Assembly (NCBI GenBank): GCA_965248195.1
Contig: CBDFIQ010000002.1
Location: 2,240,001 to 2,304,000 of the forward strand
From: Longimicrobiales bacterium
GTDB lineage: Bacteria > Gemmatimonadota > Gemmatimonadetes > Longimicrobiales > Gaopeijiaceae
DNA length: 64,000 nt
Direction of reading: 5' to 3'
The notes beneath the pieces were generated by a model that saw only the letters and a list, made by a program, of their open reading frames with translations, was not told where the DNA came from and ran no database searches. The stretch's first letter is position 1, and the number at the start of each line of letters is the position of its first letter. A program made the translations under genes and the position numbers. This document shows positions 19,394 to 29,495 of the stretch, piece after piece.

Positions 19394-21195
19394 CAATCGT
19401 CGCCGAGCTTGAGCACGGCGAGAAACGCCTCCTGGGGAATCTCCACCGAGCCCACCTGCTTCATCCTCCTCTTTCCGGCTTTCTGCTTCTCGAGCAGCTT
19501 CCGTTTCCGCGTGATGTCGCCCCCGTAACACTTTGCAGTCACGTTCTTGCGGAGTGCCTTGACGTTGCTTCGTGCCACGATCTGCGTCCCGATCGCGGCC
19601 TGGAGCGCCACCTCGAACTGTTGGCGAGGAATGAGCTTCTTGAGGCGGCGGACCAAGTCGCGGCCATAATCCATCGCCTTGTCCTCGTGGATGATGACCG
19701 AAAACGCGTCTACGGGATCGCCATTCACCAGGATATCCAGCTTGACCAGGTCGCCTGGCCGAAACTCCAGAAACTCATAGTCCAGGGCGGCGTACCCACG
19801 CGTTCCGCCCTTTAACTTGTCGTAGAAGTCGAGTACGATTTCGGCTAGAGGCAACTCAAAATCGATCTCAACGCGTTTCGGGTCGAGATATTGCATTCCC
19901 CCGAAAACTCCCCGGCGGTCATGGCAAAGCTTCTGTACGGAGCCGATGTACTCCGCGGGACACACGATACGCGCCTTTACGATCGGCTCCGCGACATCCA
20001 CGATGCGGCCCCGTTCCGGAAGCATCGTGGGGTTCTCCAGAACGACCTGGGTTCCGTCGGTCAGGGTGACGTGGTACTCCACGTTAGGCACGGTGGTAAT
20101 GAGCTCCACGCCGAACTCCCGGTCCAGCCGCTCCTGGATGATTTCCATGTGCAGCAGTCCCAGGAATCCACAACGGAAGCCGAAGCCGAGAGCAACCGAG
20201 GTCTCCGGTACATAGTTCAGGCTCGCGTCGTTCAGCTTGAGGCGGTCGAGGGCGTCGCGCAGGTCTTCATAGTCGTCGGCGTCAGTAGGGTACAGTCCGG
20301 CGAAAACCATGGAGTGTACATCCTTGTAGCCCTTCAGGAGTTCCGAAGCCGGGTCGGCCGCATCTAAAATCGTATCGCCCACGCGCGTGTGCGAGACGTC
20401 CTTGATCGCGGCGATCACGTAGCCCACCTCACCCGGTCCGAGCTCGGGCTGCGGGACACGTCCCAGGCGCATGACGCCCACCTCGGTGACCTCATAACTC
20501 TGGTCGACCGCGCCGAAGGTGATCAACATGCCAGGCCTCAGCACACCGTCCACTACACGAACGTTGGGAACCGCCCCCTGATATTGATCGTACGACGAGT
20601 CGAAGATGAGCGCCCTGAGGGGCGCCTCCCGATCGCCGCTCGGGGGCGGTACGTCACGGATCACGGCCTGCAAGATCGGCTCGATCCCGATCCCTTCCTT
20701 AGCGCTCGCCAACAGGATGGTCTCCGGATCTGTTCCGAAGAGGTCCGCGAGTTCCTCCCGCCGTCGTTCAGGCTCCGCCCCCGGAAGATCGATCTTGTTG
20801 ATCACGGGGATGACCTCGAGGCCGGCGTCCAAGGCGAGGAAGAGGTTCGAGAGCGTTTGGGCTTGCACTCCCTGTGTGGCGTCCACAACAAGAATCGCGC
20901 CCTCACACGCCGCCAGTGAGCGGGACACCTCGTAGGTGAAGTCGACGTGCCCCGGGGTATCGATCAGGTTCAGAACATACGCTTCGCCGTTCTCGGCGTT
21001 GTACACCATTCGGACAGCGTGGAGCTTGATCGTGATTCCGCGCTCCCGCTCCAACTCATTGGAGTCCAGAACCTGGTCCCGCATGTCTCGCTGGTCCAGG
21101 GTCCGAGTGGCCTCGAGCAGTCGATCGGCAAGCGTCGACTTGCCGTGATCGATATGCGCGACGATACAGAAATTGCGTATGTGGCCAAGGTTCAC
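19393..21195 (-). CDS. lepA: Elongation factor 4 (LepA)
   Basis: [46 protein letters not shown]. Confidence 0.98.
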   Translation of the reverse strand: MNLGHIRNFCIVAHIDHGKSTLADRLLEATRTLDQRDMRDQVLDSNELERERGITIKLHAVRMVYNAENGEAYVLNLIDTPGHVDFTYEVSRSLAACEGAILVVDATQGVQAQTLSNLFLALDAGLEVIPVINKIDLPGAEPERRREELADLFGTDPETILLASAKEGIGIEPILQAVIRDVPPPSGDREAPLRALIFDSSYDQYQGAVPNVRVVDGVLRPGMLITFGAVDQSYEVTEVGVMRLGRVPQPELGPGEVGYVIAAIKDVSHTRVGDTILDAADPASELLKGYKDVHSMVFAGLYPTDADDYEDLRDALDRLKLNDASLNYVPETSVALGFGFRCGFLGLLHMEIIQERLDREFGVELITTVPNVEYHVTLTDGTQVVLENPTMLPERGRIVDVAEPIVKARIVCPAEYIGSVQKLCHDRRGVFGGMQYLDPKRVEIDFELPLAEIVLDFYDKLKGGTRGYAALDYEFLEFRPGDLVKLDILVNGDPVDAFSVIIHEDKAMDYGRDLVRRLKKLIPRQQFEVALQAAIGTQIVARSNVKALRKNVTAKCYGGDITRKRKLLEKQKAGKRRMKQVGSVEIPQEAFLAVLKLGDD

Positions 21196-21291
21196 GTAGG
21201 AGGCGATTCCGCTTCGAGGGTGGCGTCCGGTGGAACGCTACCAAGATAGTCCGGTGGAATCCGCCGCAGAAGGAGGGTTCAGCGAGTCCAG

Positions 21292-22674
21292 CTAACGGGG
21301 TCGACGTCTCGGAGGCGGTCTCGTGGCTCCTCTGTTTGCCCGGGGCGTCCCGGGGCGCTCTCGAGGCGCCGCACGGGCTGTGGACGACCCGTTGGACCGC
21401 TCCGGAGACCGACGGGTCGACGGGGCCGATCGCGACCCGCCGGATGGTTCGGCAGGTGGACGCGTCGACGGGGTTCGAGAGGGGGACCCGGCCCTGGGAT
21501 TGTCCGGTCTCCGCGTGGAGGGCCGATTCGCCTGGGGCCCCCGGAGTGGCTGCGTCGACTTCGACCTTGGCCTTTCGGATGGTGGCCGGGTGCCGCGGCT
21601 CGGAGCGGCCGACCGTCGCTCCAGGCTCGGACGCCTCGGTCCCCGGGCCTCGACCGGTGGCGCGGTCACCCGTCCGCCACCCGTGCCCACCTGAGGTGCG
21701 CCAGGCCGGCCCGATGCGTCGGGGCGACGGGTTGGGGTCGTACGTGGCACGACGGGTGGTGACGCCACCCGACCACTGCCCGCACGCCGACCGGTCCTCG
21801 GTCGGTTGGCCAGAGGAGGGGGATCGTCTCTCCGACCCTGCCGCACCACGGTGACCGGCGTACCCGGATCACCCGCAGCCCGCTCCTTGAGCTCGAAACG
21901 CGGGCGTACCGGGCTGCGAGGGCCCACCATCACGACACGGTTCGTCCGGTAACGGTAGGAGGGATAGAAATACGGGTCATCGTAGACGACCACCCTGAAA
22001 TTCACGCATGTGTACCGGTAGGGATTCCATGTGCTGTACGGGCGGAACCCGTGGCACTGATAGCACAAGAACCGGGGGAACTCGTGGGCGCTTCCCACGT
22101 TGTAGGAAATGAAATCCAGGCCGTAGTCCACCAATTCCCAATTAGGGACCAGGCGGGCGACGTAATCGTCCATGGCGACGTAGGGATCCGAGTGCACCGT
22201 ACTTCCTACGGCGGAAAGATCCCATCCACCGTCGTAATACGAGTACCTGAAATCCGAAAGATCGAACGGAGTCGGCGACGTCACGACGAAAAAATACCCG
22301 ACTCCCGGCCGGTCATCGACGTTCCAATAAGCAGAACGGGGGAAGAGCAACCGGTAATCCCGATCCGCCCTCGCATAATGATTTTCCGTGGGGGAGCGCG
22401 GGTACAGCATCCTCGTCGTACCGTCGGTGTCGATTTGAAGGATCGCGACATATGCATCGGCGTTGGTCCGGTAGTAGATGCGAACGCGGTCGCCCGCCTC
22501 CAGCACCGGATCGACTCCACGGTCCAGCCAGATCCGGGGCTCCTGGACCTGTTGCACCTGCACGTGGGAGGCGGACCGGTCCAAGCCATGCGCATCACCG
22601 GCTGGCTCCAGCGCACCGGAGCCCAGGCCCGGAGCAAGTACAGTCACTATGGTGACGGCCCCCACGATCCACAT
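21292..22674 (-). CDS. Secreted DUF4384-like protein with a CxxCH motif and an Arg/Pro-rich tail
   Basis: Signal peptide; GDRVRIYYRTNADAYVAILQIDTDG..LYP pattern; CYQCH; strong GAGGAG RBS before ATG 22674. Confidence 0.75.
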   Translation of the reverse strand: MWIVGAVTIVTVLAPGLGSGALEPAGDAHGLDRSASHVQVQQVQEPRIWLDRGVDPVLEAGDRVRIYYRTNADAYVAILQIDTDGTTRMLYPRSPTENHYARADRDYRLLFPRSAYWNVDDRPGVGYFFVVTSPTPFDLSDFRYSYYDGGWDLSAVGSTVHSDPYVAMDDYVARLVPNWELVDYGLDFISYNVGSAHEFPRFLCYQCHGFRPYSTWNPYRYTCVNFRVVVYDDPYFYPSYRYRTNRVVMVGPRSPVRPRFELKERAAGDPGTPVTVVRQGRRDDPPPLANRPRTGRRAGSGRVASPPVVPRTTPTRRPDASGRPGAPQVGTGGGRVTAPPVEARGPRRPSLERRSAAPSRGTRPPSERPRSKSTQPLRGPQANRPSTRRPDNPRAGSPSRTPSTRPPAEPSGGSRSAPSTRRSPERSNGSSTARAAPRERPGTPRANRGATRPPPRRRPR

Positions 22675-22729
22675 TTTTCCCCCCTCCTCGAACCAGAGCT
22701 CTTCTTCATTCGTATTCAATCCTGCTTCT

Positions 22730-22745
22730 AGCACGACGCGTGCCA
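22730..22745 (-). promoter_or_regulatory. Putative sigma54 (-24/-12) promoter
   Basis: Minus strand TGGCACGCGTCGTGCT = TGGCAC-N5-gTGCT with exact GG-N10-GC spacing, 55 bp upstream of the DUF4384 gene. Confidence 0.55.
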
Positions 22746-22923
22746 CACCGAAAAGGTACGATCGGGGCTGGAAAACCAGTGATGTCACCAAATTCAGTCC
22801 AGCATTCGTCCGAAAAAGTGGACGGGACGGGCACGCCCAGGGACACGCGCCCCCAGCCCCATTGCCTTTCTCGGGTGGGGCAGTAGTCTCCTCAGGCCAA
22901 AAGTCCCTGCTCAGAGGTATTCC

Positions 22924-23826
22924 GTGCGCTCACGACCGGATCTGTTGGATCCCCAAACGCTCTCGCAGTTGGGCGGAGTCGAGTTGATCGCCCGCCAAGT
23001 CGTGGAGGGGTTCATCATGGGTCTCCACCGCTCCCCACACCGAGGATTCTCGGCTGAGTTCGCGGAACTTCGCGCCTATCAGCCGGGCGACGATCTGCGC
23101 CACATCGATTGGCGTATGTTCGGTCGATCCGATCGGTATTACGTGAAACAGTTCGAGGAAGAGACCAACCTGCGAGCCTACGTGTTGGTCGATGTCAGCA
23201 CATCGATGGGGTGGACATCCAGCCCGGGTGCGCTTCCGACTAAACTCTGGTATGCCAAGCACTTGGCCGCGTCGCTCTCGCTGATCCTCCTCCGTCAGGG
23301 GGACGCCGTGGGCATGGCGGCGTTCCACGAACAGGTCGTGGCGCGGGTGGCCCCGAAGGGAGGGCCGCGTTCCTGGCACGAACTCCTTCGCAGACTGGCG
23401 CCCCTCGAGGCCCAAGGGAAGACATCGGCTCACACCGCGCTCCGTGACATCGCCGTCCGGCTGCGTCGCCGGGGCCTCGTGGTCCTGTTGTCCGATCTCC
23501 TGGTGGACCCTGAAACCACGCGGATAGCACTTCGCTTCCTGAGGCATCAGGGACACGAAGTCCTCGTTTTCCACCTGATCGACCCGGGTGAGAGAGAGCT
23601 TCCTGCCGCGGGAGACACACGCCTCTTCGATCCCGAGACCGGGGATGAGCTCAACGTAAACATCGCCGACGTCCGCGTGGCGTACCGGGAAGCCGTGAAC
23701 GATGCCCTCGAGGAATGGGACCGGGGCCTGCGCCGCCACGGGATCGACTACGTTGTGGTCGGAACCGAGACCCCGCTGTCGAGGGCGCTGCGCTTTTACC
23801 TGCGAAAGCGGGAGCATCTTGGCTGA
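22924..23826 (+). CDS. DUF58 (vWA-like) protein
   Basis: GLHRSPHRGFSAEFAELRAYQPGDDLRHIDW, KQFEEETN, DVSTSM. Confidence 0.92.
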   Translation: MRSRPDLLDPQTLSQLGGVELIARQVVEGFIMGLHRSPHRGFSAEFAELRAYQPGDDLRHIDWRMFGRSDRYYVKQFEEETNLRAYVLVDVSTSMGWTSSPGALPTKLWYAKHLAASLSLILLRQGDAVGMAAFHEQVVARVAPKGGPRSWHELLRRLAPLEAQGKTSAHTALRDIAVRLRRRGLVVLLSDLLVDPETTRIALRFLRHQGHEVLVFHLIDPGERELPAAGDTRLFDPETGDELNVNIADVRVAYREAVNDALEEWDRGLRRHGIDYVVVGTETPLSRALRFYLRKREHLG

Positions 23827-25775
23827 TGGGATTCCTTTCGCCGATCTTTCTCTTGGCGGGGCTGGCGGTGGTGGTCCCACTGATCCTGCATCTCTTCCAT
23901 AGGCATGACGCGAAGAGGATGGTGTTCCCGGCTCTCCAGTACCTCCTCCGTACCGAAAAAGAGCACGCCCGCACCATCCGCTTTCGCCAACTCCTCCTTC
24001 TCCTTCTCCGTATTGCGACCGTTCTGCTCCTGGTCGGAGCTGGCGCTCGCCCGTTCCTACGCGGAGGCGGCGGGGTTCACGACCCGACAGCCACGATCCT
24101 GATCGTCGACAATTCAATGAGCTCCGGATTGATCAGAGGTGGTGCTCGGGTCTTGGACCTTCTGAAGGCCGTGGCGCTTCGAAGCATCGATCGTGCAAGC
24201 GATGAGGACCGTGTCTGGCTGATCCGCGCTGGAGAGCCTTGGGGGCCGGCCATCACGGGGTCCCGGGCCGACGTTAGCGCCGCTGTATCGGAGACCGAGG
24301 TTACGGACGCCCGGGGAGATCTTCGGAGCGCGCTGGAGCGGGCCGTGGCGCTGGCGACGGGGTCCGAGCTTGCCGCGGCCGAAATCCATCTGATTTCCGA
24401 CCTCCAGGCGTCCGCGTTCGAGGGAACCGGCTCACCGGTCGAAGGCGGGCCCATACCCTTCGTCGTGTTCGACGAAGGGTCCGGTGACAGAGAAAACGCC
24501 TACTTGGACAGCCTGATGATCGGTGGCGGCTTGCCTCCCCTGGCGAACCAGCGAACGAGGCTGTCCGTCCGTTTGGCAGGCGATGCGGACAGTGCGGACG
24601 TCCCTCTCCGTCTGGTCGTCGCCAATCGGATTCGCGGAGCGGCGGCAGGCGGGGTGGGCATCTCCGTGCTCCTCCCCATCGGACCCTTCGCGGCGGGCTA
24701 TGTGGACGGTTATGTCGAGACGGATCCCGATGATCTTCGCGGGGACGACCGGAGGTTTTTCGCGTTTCAGGTCCGCTCGGCCCCTACCCTCGCGATGTCC
24801 GGCTCAACTCCCTTTTTCCTGTCGGAGGCGATCCCGGTGTTGATCGACGCGGGGCGCGTGCGTCCGGCTCCGATTCGTGACGCGGACATCCTGATCAGCA
24901 TGGCCGGCGCCGGAATGACCGAAGCAGCGAGAGAGGGACGGGCGGTGGTTGTGTTGCCACCGAGCGACCCGGCGCTACTCCCCGGCCTCAACCGTGCGCT
25001 TTCCGCGGTGGGGATACCATGGCGGTATGAGTCCACAACCGCCGTAGGCGAGGCCAGCGTGACCCGCTGGGGAGGGCCCGTCAATCTGGACGAAGTGCGT
25101 ATCCGATCCCAATACACCCTGATACCGGACACAGAGGGGCTGAATCGAGGCGTGTTGGCGAGCCTTTCGTCCGGCGACCCCTGGCTCGTGGAGGGCACTA
25201 CCCCGAGAGGCTCCTACCTGCTCTTCGCCTCGGACCTGGACGAACGGTCCACCAACCTCCCGTTGACGGCGGCGTTGATGCCCCTCATGGAGTGGATGGT
25301 GTCACGGTGGGGTGATAGGGAGGGACCAGAGGGAGGGATGATCGCCGGCATGCCGCTCTCACCTCCCCCGGGGACGACGAGTATTCGAGACCCGGCGGGA
25401 ACGCTTCATCCGGTCGACGACACGCAACCCTTCGGGGCAACGCCCGCCGCGGGTCTGTACGAATTTCTGGCGGGCGACTCCACAATTCAGATGATCGCCG
25501 TGAACGCCCCGAGGGAGGAATCCATCCTGTTACCGATTGAGACCGGCGTGCTGAGAGATCTCCTGCCGGGGCCCTCAACGCTGGTCACGGACAGTGCACG
25601 GTGGGCGAGAGCCGTGTTCTCCGCCGGCCAAGGTCCGGAGATCTGGCGCTGGCTCCTGGTCGCTACGGCCCTGGTTCTCGTCGTGGAGAGCCTTGTCGCG
25701 GCCTCGGGCCCGTCGTCGGAAAGATCCCGTTCCGGGGCGCCCCCCGCGCTACAGGAAACCGGAGAGACCTGTTGA
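23826..25775 (+). CDS. BatA N-terminal plus vWA domain membrane protein
   Basis: FLSPIFLLAGLAVVVPLILHL..FPALQYL, MIDAS-like DNSMSS, ISDLQ, C-terminal EIWRWLL TM; stop codon lies within repeat copy 1. Confidence 0.85.
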   Translation: MGFLSPIFLLAGLAVVVPLILHLFHRHDAKRMVFPALQYLLRTEKEHARTIRFRQLLLLLLRIATVLLLVGAGARPFLRGGGGVHDPTATILIVDNSMSSGLIRGGARVLDLLKAVALRSIDRASDEDRVWLIRAGEPWGPAITGSRADVSAAVSETEVTDARGDLRSALERAVALATGSELAAAEIHLISDLQASAFEGTGSPVEGGPIPFVVFDEGSGDRENAYLDSLMIGGGLPPLANQRTRLSVRLAGDADSADVPLRLVVANRIRGAAAGGVGISVLLPIGPFAAGYVDGYVETDPDDLRGDDRRFFAFQVRSAPTLAMSGSTPFFLSEAIPVLIDAGRVRPAPIRDADILISMAGAGMTEAAREGRAVVVLPPSDPALLPGLNRALSAVGIPWRYESTTAVGEASVTRWGGPVNLDEVRIRSQYTLIPDTEGLNRGVLASLSSGDPWLVEGTTPRGSYLLFASDLDERSTNLPLTAALMPLMEWMVSRWGDREGPEGGMIAGMPLSPPPGTTSIRDPAGTLHPVDDTQPFGATPAAGLYEFLAGDSTIQMIAVNAPREESILLPIETGVLRDLLPGPSTLVTDSARWARAVFSAGQGPEIWRWLLVATALVLVVESLVAASGPSSERSRSGAPPALQETGETC

Positions 25776-26066
25776 AGGAGTACAGCGGGTCGCGCACAGG
25801 GCGCTTGTGCGCGTTCAGACAAGGAACAACGACGAGGCGTAGCAACGCTACGGTGAGGAGGAGAGACGCAGGATCAACCGCACAACCGCCCTGTGCCCAC
25901 GAACATGAAGGGCATGACCTTACAAGTTGAAGGGTTGCGGTGGCACGGCCCCATCTCCGTTGTTGGAGTTCTTAGCCATAGCTACGGCTATGGCGTCGTC
26001 GCTCCGCCTAGGAGCTAGGACCGTGGCATCCGCAACGCGGCCCACTGTACTCCTTCAACAGGCCTC
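25764..26066 (+). mobile_element. MITE-like non-coding element, copy 1 (303 bp)
   Basis: 22-bp terminal inverted repeats GAGACCTGTTGAAGGAGTACAG / CTGTACTCCTTCAACAGGCCTC (1 mismatch); near-identical to 42585-42905 and, in reverse, to 54073-54460. Confidence 0.85.
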
Positions 26067-26077
26067 ATTGGACTGAC

Positions 26078-29000
26078 GTGCCTGGAAGCCTTCACCCCAT
26101 CGTCCACGCTCTGGGCACATGCCCGGGCTTTCATCGGCTCTGCCAAGCGCTGCCGGACCGAGGCGAGCGGCGCACGCTGTCCGGGGCCATAGGCTCAGCC
26201 GCGACCGCGTCGGTAGCGGCCCTACACCAACACTTCCCTACGCGACTCCTGGTCGTGGTCGCGCCTTCGCCTAGGCGAGCGATCGAGATCGAAGTGGATG
26301 TCGAGCTTTTTCTTGGCGAAGGCACCTCCTTTCTTTTTCCTCAACGCGAGGCACGCCCGTACGAGTCGAGCGAACCTCATCTTGAAATCGGGGCACTTCG
26401 CGTCGAGGCCGTTGAGGCGCTCCTGGGGGGGCGGACCCGACTGCTCGTGACGACCCTGCGCGCATTGCAAGAACGTGCCCCGATCCCGGCCGAACTCGCA
26501 GAATTACGGATTTCGCTTCGTGTGGGGGAAGAGGTGGGGTTCCAGACTCTGATCGGGGACCTCGCCGAACGGGGCTTCGAGCGCGTGCCGATCGTCGAGG
26601 AGGTCGGACAGTTCGCGGTTCGTGGAGGCCTTCTCGACGTTTTTTCATTCGGCACACCGGAGCCTGTACGGATCGAGTTTTCGGAGGACGAAATCACCTC
26701 GCTTCGCTTTTTCGACATCCTCGATCAGCGCACGAGCGGCACCACCACCGAAGCGCACATCCTGCCGGTGGACTTTCAGCGGGACCCAGAGTCCAAGACG
26801 CTGATTTCCCGGTCCCTTTTGGAACTGCTTCCGGCCGATGCCATTCTCCTTCCCGTCCACCCTGAGGACGCCGGGGAGTGGCGGCCCGAACTCGACCGGA
26901 CATGGAGCTATGTCTGCCGGCTGCACGAGGAGCTCACTTCGGAGGGGCGCTCTCCGGATCCCCCGGACACGCTATTCCTTCCGGCCGCTGATGGGGAGGC
27001 AAGGCTCGCCGCTCTGGCCCGCATCGATTTGTCGGCCACCGCCGGGGGGGAGATCTCGCTTTCCTGCAGCCTTCCTCCCGCGATCCAGCGGGACATGTCA
27101 CGTCTGAGGGCGTCACTCCGTGCCGTTTCGGCTTCGGGGGGTCGCAGTCTCTTGCTGTGCGACAATCAGGGCCAGTGCGACCGGCTGGAGGAAATCCTCG
27201 GAGGCTCCAAGAAAATTCCGCCGGGGGCGAATGTGATCGTCGGGTCCCTCTCCGCCGGATTCGTGCTGGAGTCGGCCGCACCGCCCCTTCAGGTGCTCAC
27301 TGACCACGAGATCTTCCGCCGCTCGCGGAGAGTCCGGAGCAGGCGTCGGTTCCGCGGGGCCGTGGCGCTCGAAAGCCTGGCCCAGCTGAATCCCGGGGAC
27401 CACGTCGTCCACATGGATCACGGGGTCGGCGTGTTCAGAGGGTTGCAGCATGTCGAGGTCGGCGGTGAGGAGCTCGAGTCCATGGCAATTGAGTATGCCG
27501 GCGGAGAAATCTTGCGTGTTCCAGTATATCGACTCGACCTGGTCGAGCGTTGGGTCGGCGAATCCGAGAGCGTCGCTCCTCCCGCCGTACACCGGATCGG
27601 GGGGAAGCGCTGGAAGACGCTGAAGCGGAAGACGAGCGAAGCGCTCGAGATGATGACCGTCGAACTCCTGCAACTCTACGCAAGGCGGGAGGCTGCCGTG
27701 GGGTTCGCCTTTTCACCCGACACCCTGTGGCAAAAGGAGATGGAATCGTCCTTTCTGTATGAAGACACACCGGACCAGCGGACGGCGACTGAAGCGGTAA
27801 AGCGCGACATGGAGTCCACCAGATCCATGGACCGGTTGATCTGTGGCGACGTTGGATACGGAAAGACCGAGATCGCGATCCGGGCAGCCTTCAAGGCGGT
27901 CCAGGACGGGAAGCAGGTGGCCGTGCTCGCGCCGACCACGGTGCTCGTGGCGCAGCACCGGCACACTTTCGCGTCGAGACTCGCGGATTATCCGGTGAGC
28001 GTTGGAGAGCTCAGCCGGTTCCGTACGCCGACCGATCAGAAGAAACTTTTGAAGGGACTCGCAGGTGGCCAGGTCGATATCGTCGTGGGGACGCACCGGC
28101 TACTCTCTTCCGACGTCGAGTTCGCCGATCTGGGCCTACTGATCGTCGATGAGGAGCAGCGGTTCGGGGTGCGCCACAAGGAACGCCTCAAGCGGTTGAG
28201 GGCGTCGGTGGACGTGTTGACGCTAACGGCCACGCCCATCCCACGCACCTTGCACTTGTCGCTCGTGGGCTTGCGGGACCTCTCCCTGATCCGTACTCCG
28301 CCTCGGGATCGGATGCCTGTCATCACGCATGTAGTTCCGTGGTCGGACCACATCCTTGCGGAGGCCCTGCTCAGAGAGTTCGACCGAGGAGGACAGGCGT
28401 TCTTCCTACACAATCTGGTTTCAACCATCGAGGGTGCCGCCGAGCGGATCCGGGCGCTCGTCCCGGAGGCCCGGATCGAAATCGCGCACGGGCAGATGAG
28501 GCCTCGGGAGTTGGACCGGGTCATGCGGGGCCTTGTGGAAGGGGAGGTCGACATCCTGATCTGCTCATCGATCATCGAAAACGGCCTAGATGTCCCGAAC
28601 GCGAACACGCTGATTGTGAACGGGGCTGAAAATTTTGGACTCTCCCAACTCTACCAGATCCGTGGGCGAGTGGGGCGGTCCGACCGTCGAGCCTTCTGCT
28701 ATCTCATTGCGCCCACCGAGCTCAGTGATGAGGCCGAGCGCCGCCTCAGGATATTGGAGCACCATACCGAACTGGGAAGCGGGTATTCCGTGGCTCTGCA
28801 GGACATGGAGTTGAGGGGTGCGGGAAACCTGCTCGGTGGCGAGCAGTCCGGGTTCGCACACTCCATTGGCATCGAAGCCTACATGCGATTGCTCGAGCAG
28901 ACCGTCAAGCGGCTCAAGGGAGAGGAGGAAGGCCGTGAATTCCCCGACCCAGATGTTTCGATCGCGGGCTCCGCATACCTACCCGATTCGTACATCTCGG

Positions 29001-29398
29001 ACTCTGGCCAAAAACTACATCTCTACCAAAGGCTTTCGAAGCTCAGCCGGATGGCCGAGGTGGCCTCCCTACGAGAGGAATTGGCGGATCGCTTCGGTGC
29101 CCCTCCTGTCCATGTGGGGCACTTGCTCGATGGCGCAGCACTACGAATCCTTGGTAGGCGAATCGGCGTCGAACGTATACTCGTAAGAAAGAGCGAGGCG
29201 AGAGTGAATTTCAGAGCCACAGTGGTGCCGCGCCTGTCGGTTCTCGAGCGCCCTCTCCAAGAACGCTCCGTGGACGTGGAGGTACGACGCATGACGCCAC
29301 TCTCGCTGGTCCTTCATCAAGCGGGCCCCGATTCGCTAGTTTCGACGTTGATCCTGGCCCTTACCAAATTGATCGAGGCGCGGGACGAGGCAGCGTAA
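26078..29398 (+). CDS. mfd: Transcription-repair coupling factor
   Basis: UvrB-like N-terminus, CarD-like RID (VVHMDHGVG), CGDVGYGKTE, DEEQRFG, TATPIPRT, QIRGRVGR, TRCF C-terminus. Confidence 0.97.
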   Translation: MPGSLHPIVHALGTCPGFHRLCQALPDRGERRTLSGAIGSAATASVAALHQHFPTRLLVVVAPSPRRAIEIEVDVELFLGEGTSFLFPQREARPYESSEPHLEIGALRVEAVEALLGGRTRLLVTTLRALQERAPIPAELAELRISLRVGEEVGFQTLIGDLAERGFERVPIVEEVGQFAVRGGLLDVFSFGTPEPVRIEFSEDEITSLRFFDILDQRTSGTTTEAHILPVDFQRDPESKTLISRSLLELLPADAILLPVHPEDAGEWRPELDRTWSYVCRLHEELTSEGRSPDPPDTLFLPAADGEARLAALARIDLSATAGGEISLSCSLPPAIQRDMSRLRASLRAVSASGGRSLLLCDNQGQCDRLEEILGGSKKIPPGANVIVGSLSAGFVLESAAPPLQVLTDHEIFRRSRRVRSRRRFRGAVALESLAQLNPGDHVVHMDHGVGVFRGLQHVEVGGEELESMAIEYAGGEILRVPVYRLDLVERWVGESESVAPPAVHRIGGKRWKTLKRKTSEALEMMTVELLQLYARREAAVGFAFSPDTLWQKEMESSFLYEDTPDQRTATEAVKRDMESTRSMDRLICGDVGYGKTEIAIRAAFKAVQDGKQVAVLAPTTVLVAQHRHTFASRLADYPVSVGELSRFRTPTDQKKLLKGLAGGQVDIVVGTHRLLSSDVEFADLGLLIVDEEQRFGVRHKERLKRLRASVDVLTLTATPIPRTLHLSLVGLRDLSLIRTPPRDRMPVITHVVPWSDHILAEALLREFDRGGQAFFLHNLVSTIEGAAERIRALVPEARIEIAHGQMRPRELDRVMRGLVEGEVDILICSSIIENGLDVPNANTLIVNGAENFGLSQLYQIRGRVGRSDRRAFCYLIAPTELSDEAERRLRILEHHTELGSGYSVALQDMELRGAGNLLGGEQSGFAHSIGIEAYMRLLEQTVKRLKGEEEGREFPDPDVSIAGSAYLPDSYISDSGQKLHLYQRLSKLSRMAEVASLREELADRFGAPPVHVGHLLDGAALRILGRRIGVERILVRKSEARVNFRATVVPRLSVLERPLQERSVDVEVRRMTPLSLVLHQAGPDSLVSTLILALTKLIEARDEAA

Positions 29399-29495
29399 AG
29401 ATGTCGCACGATGGAACGGTCCAAGCCGCCACACGTGGACGATGTGCGGCCCGGCAACCGCCGGGTGTGGCAGGCCTCTCTGGAGATGAGTGACG

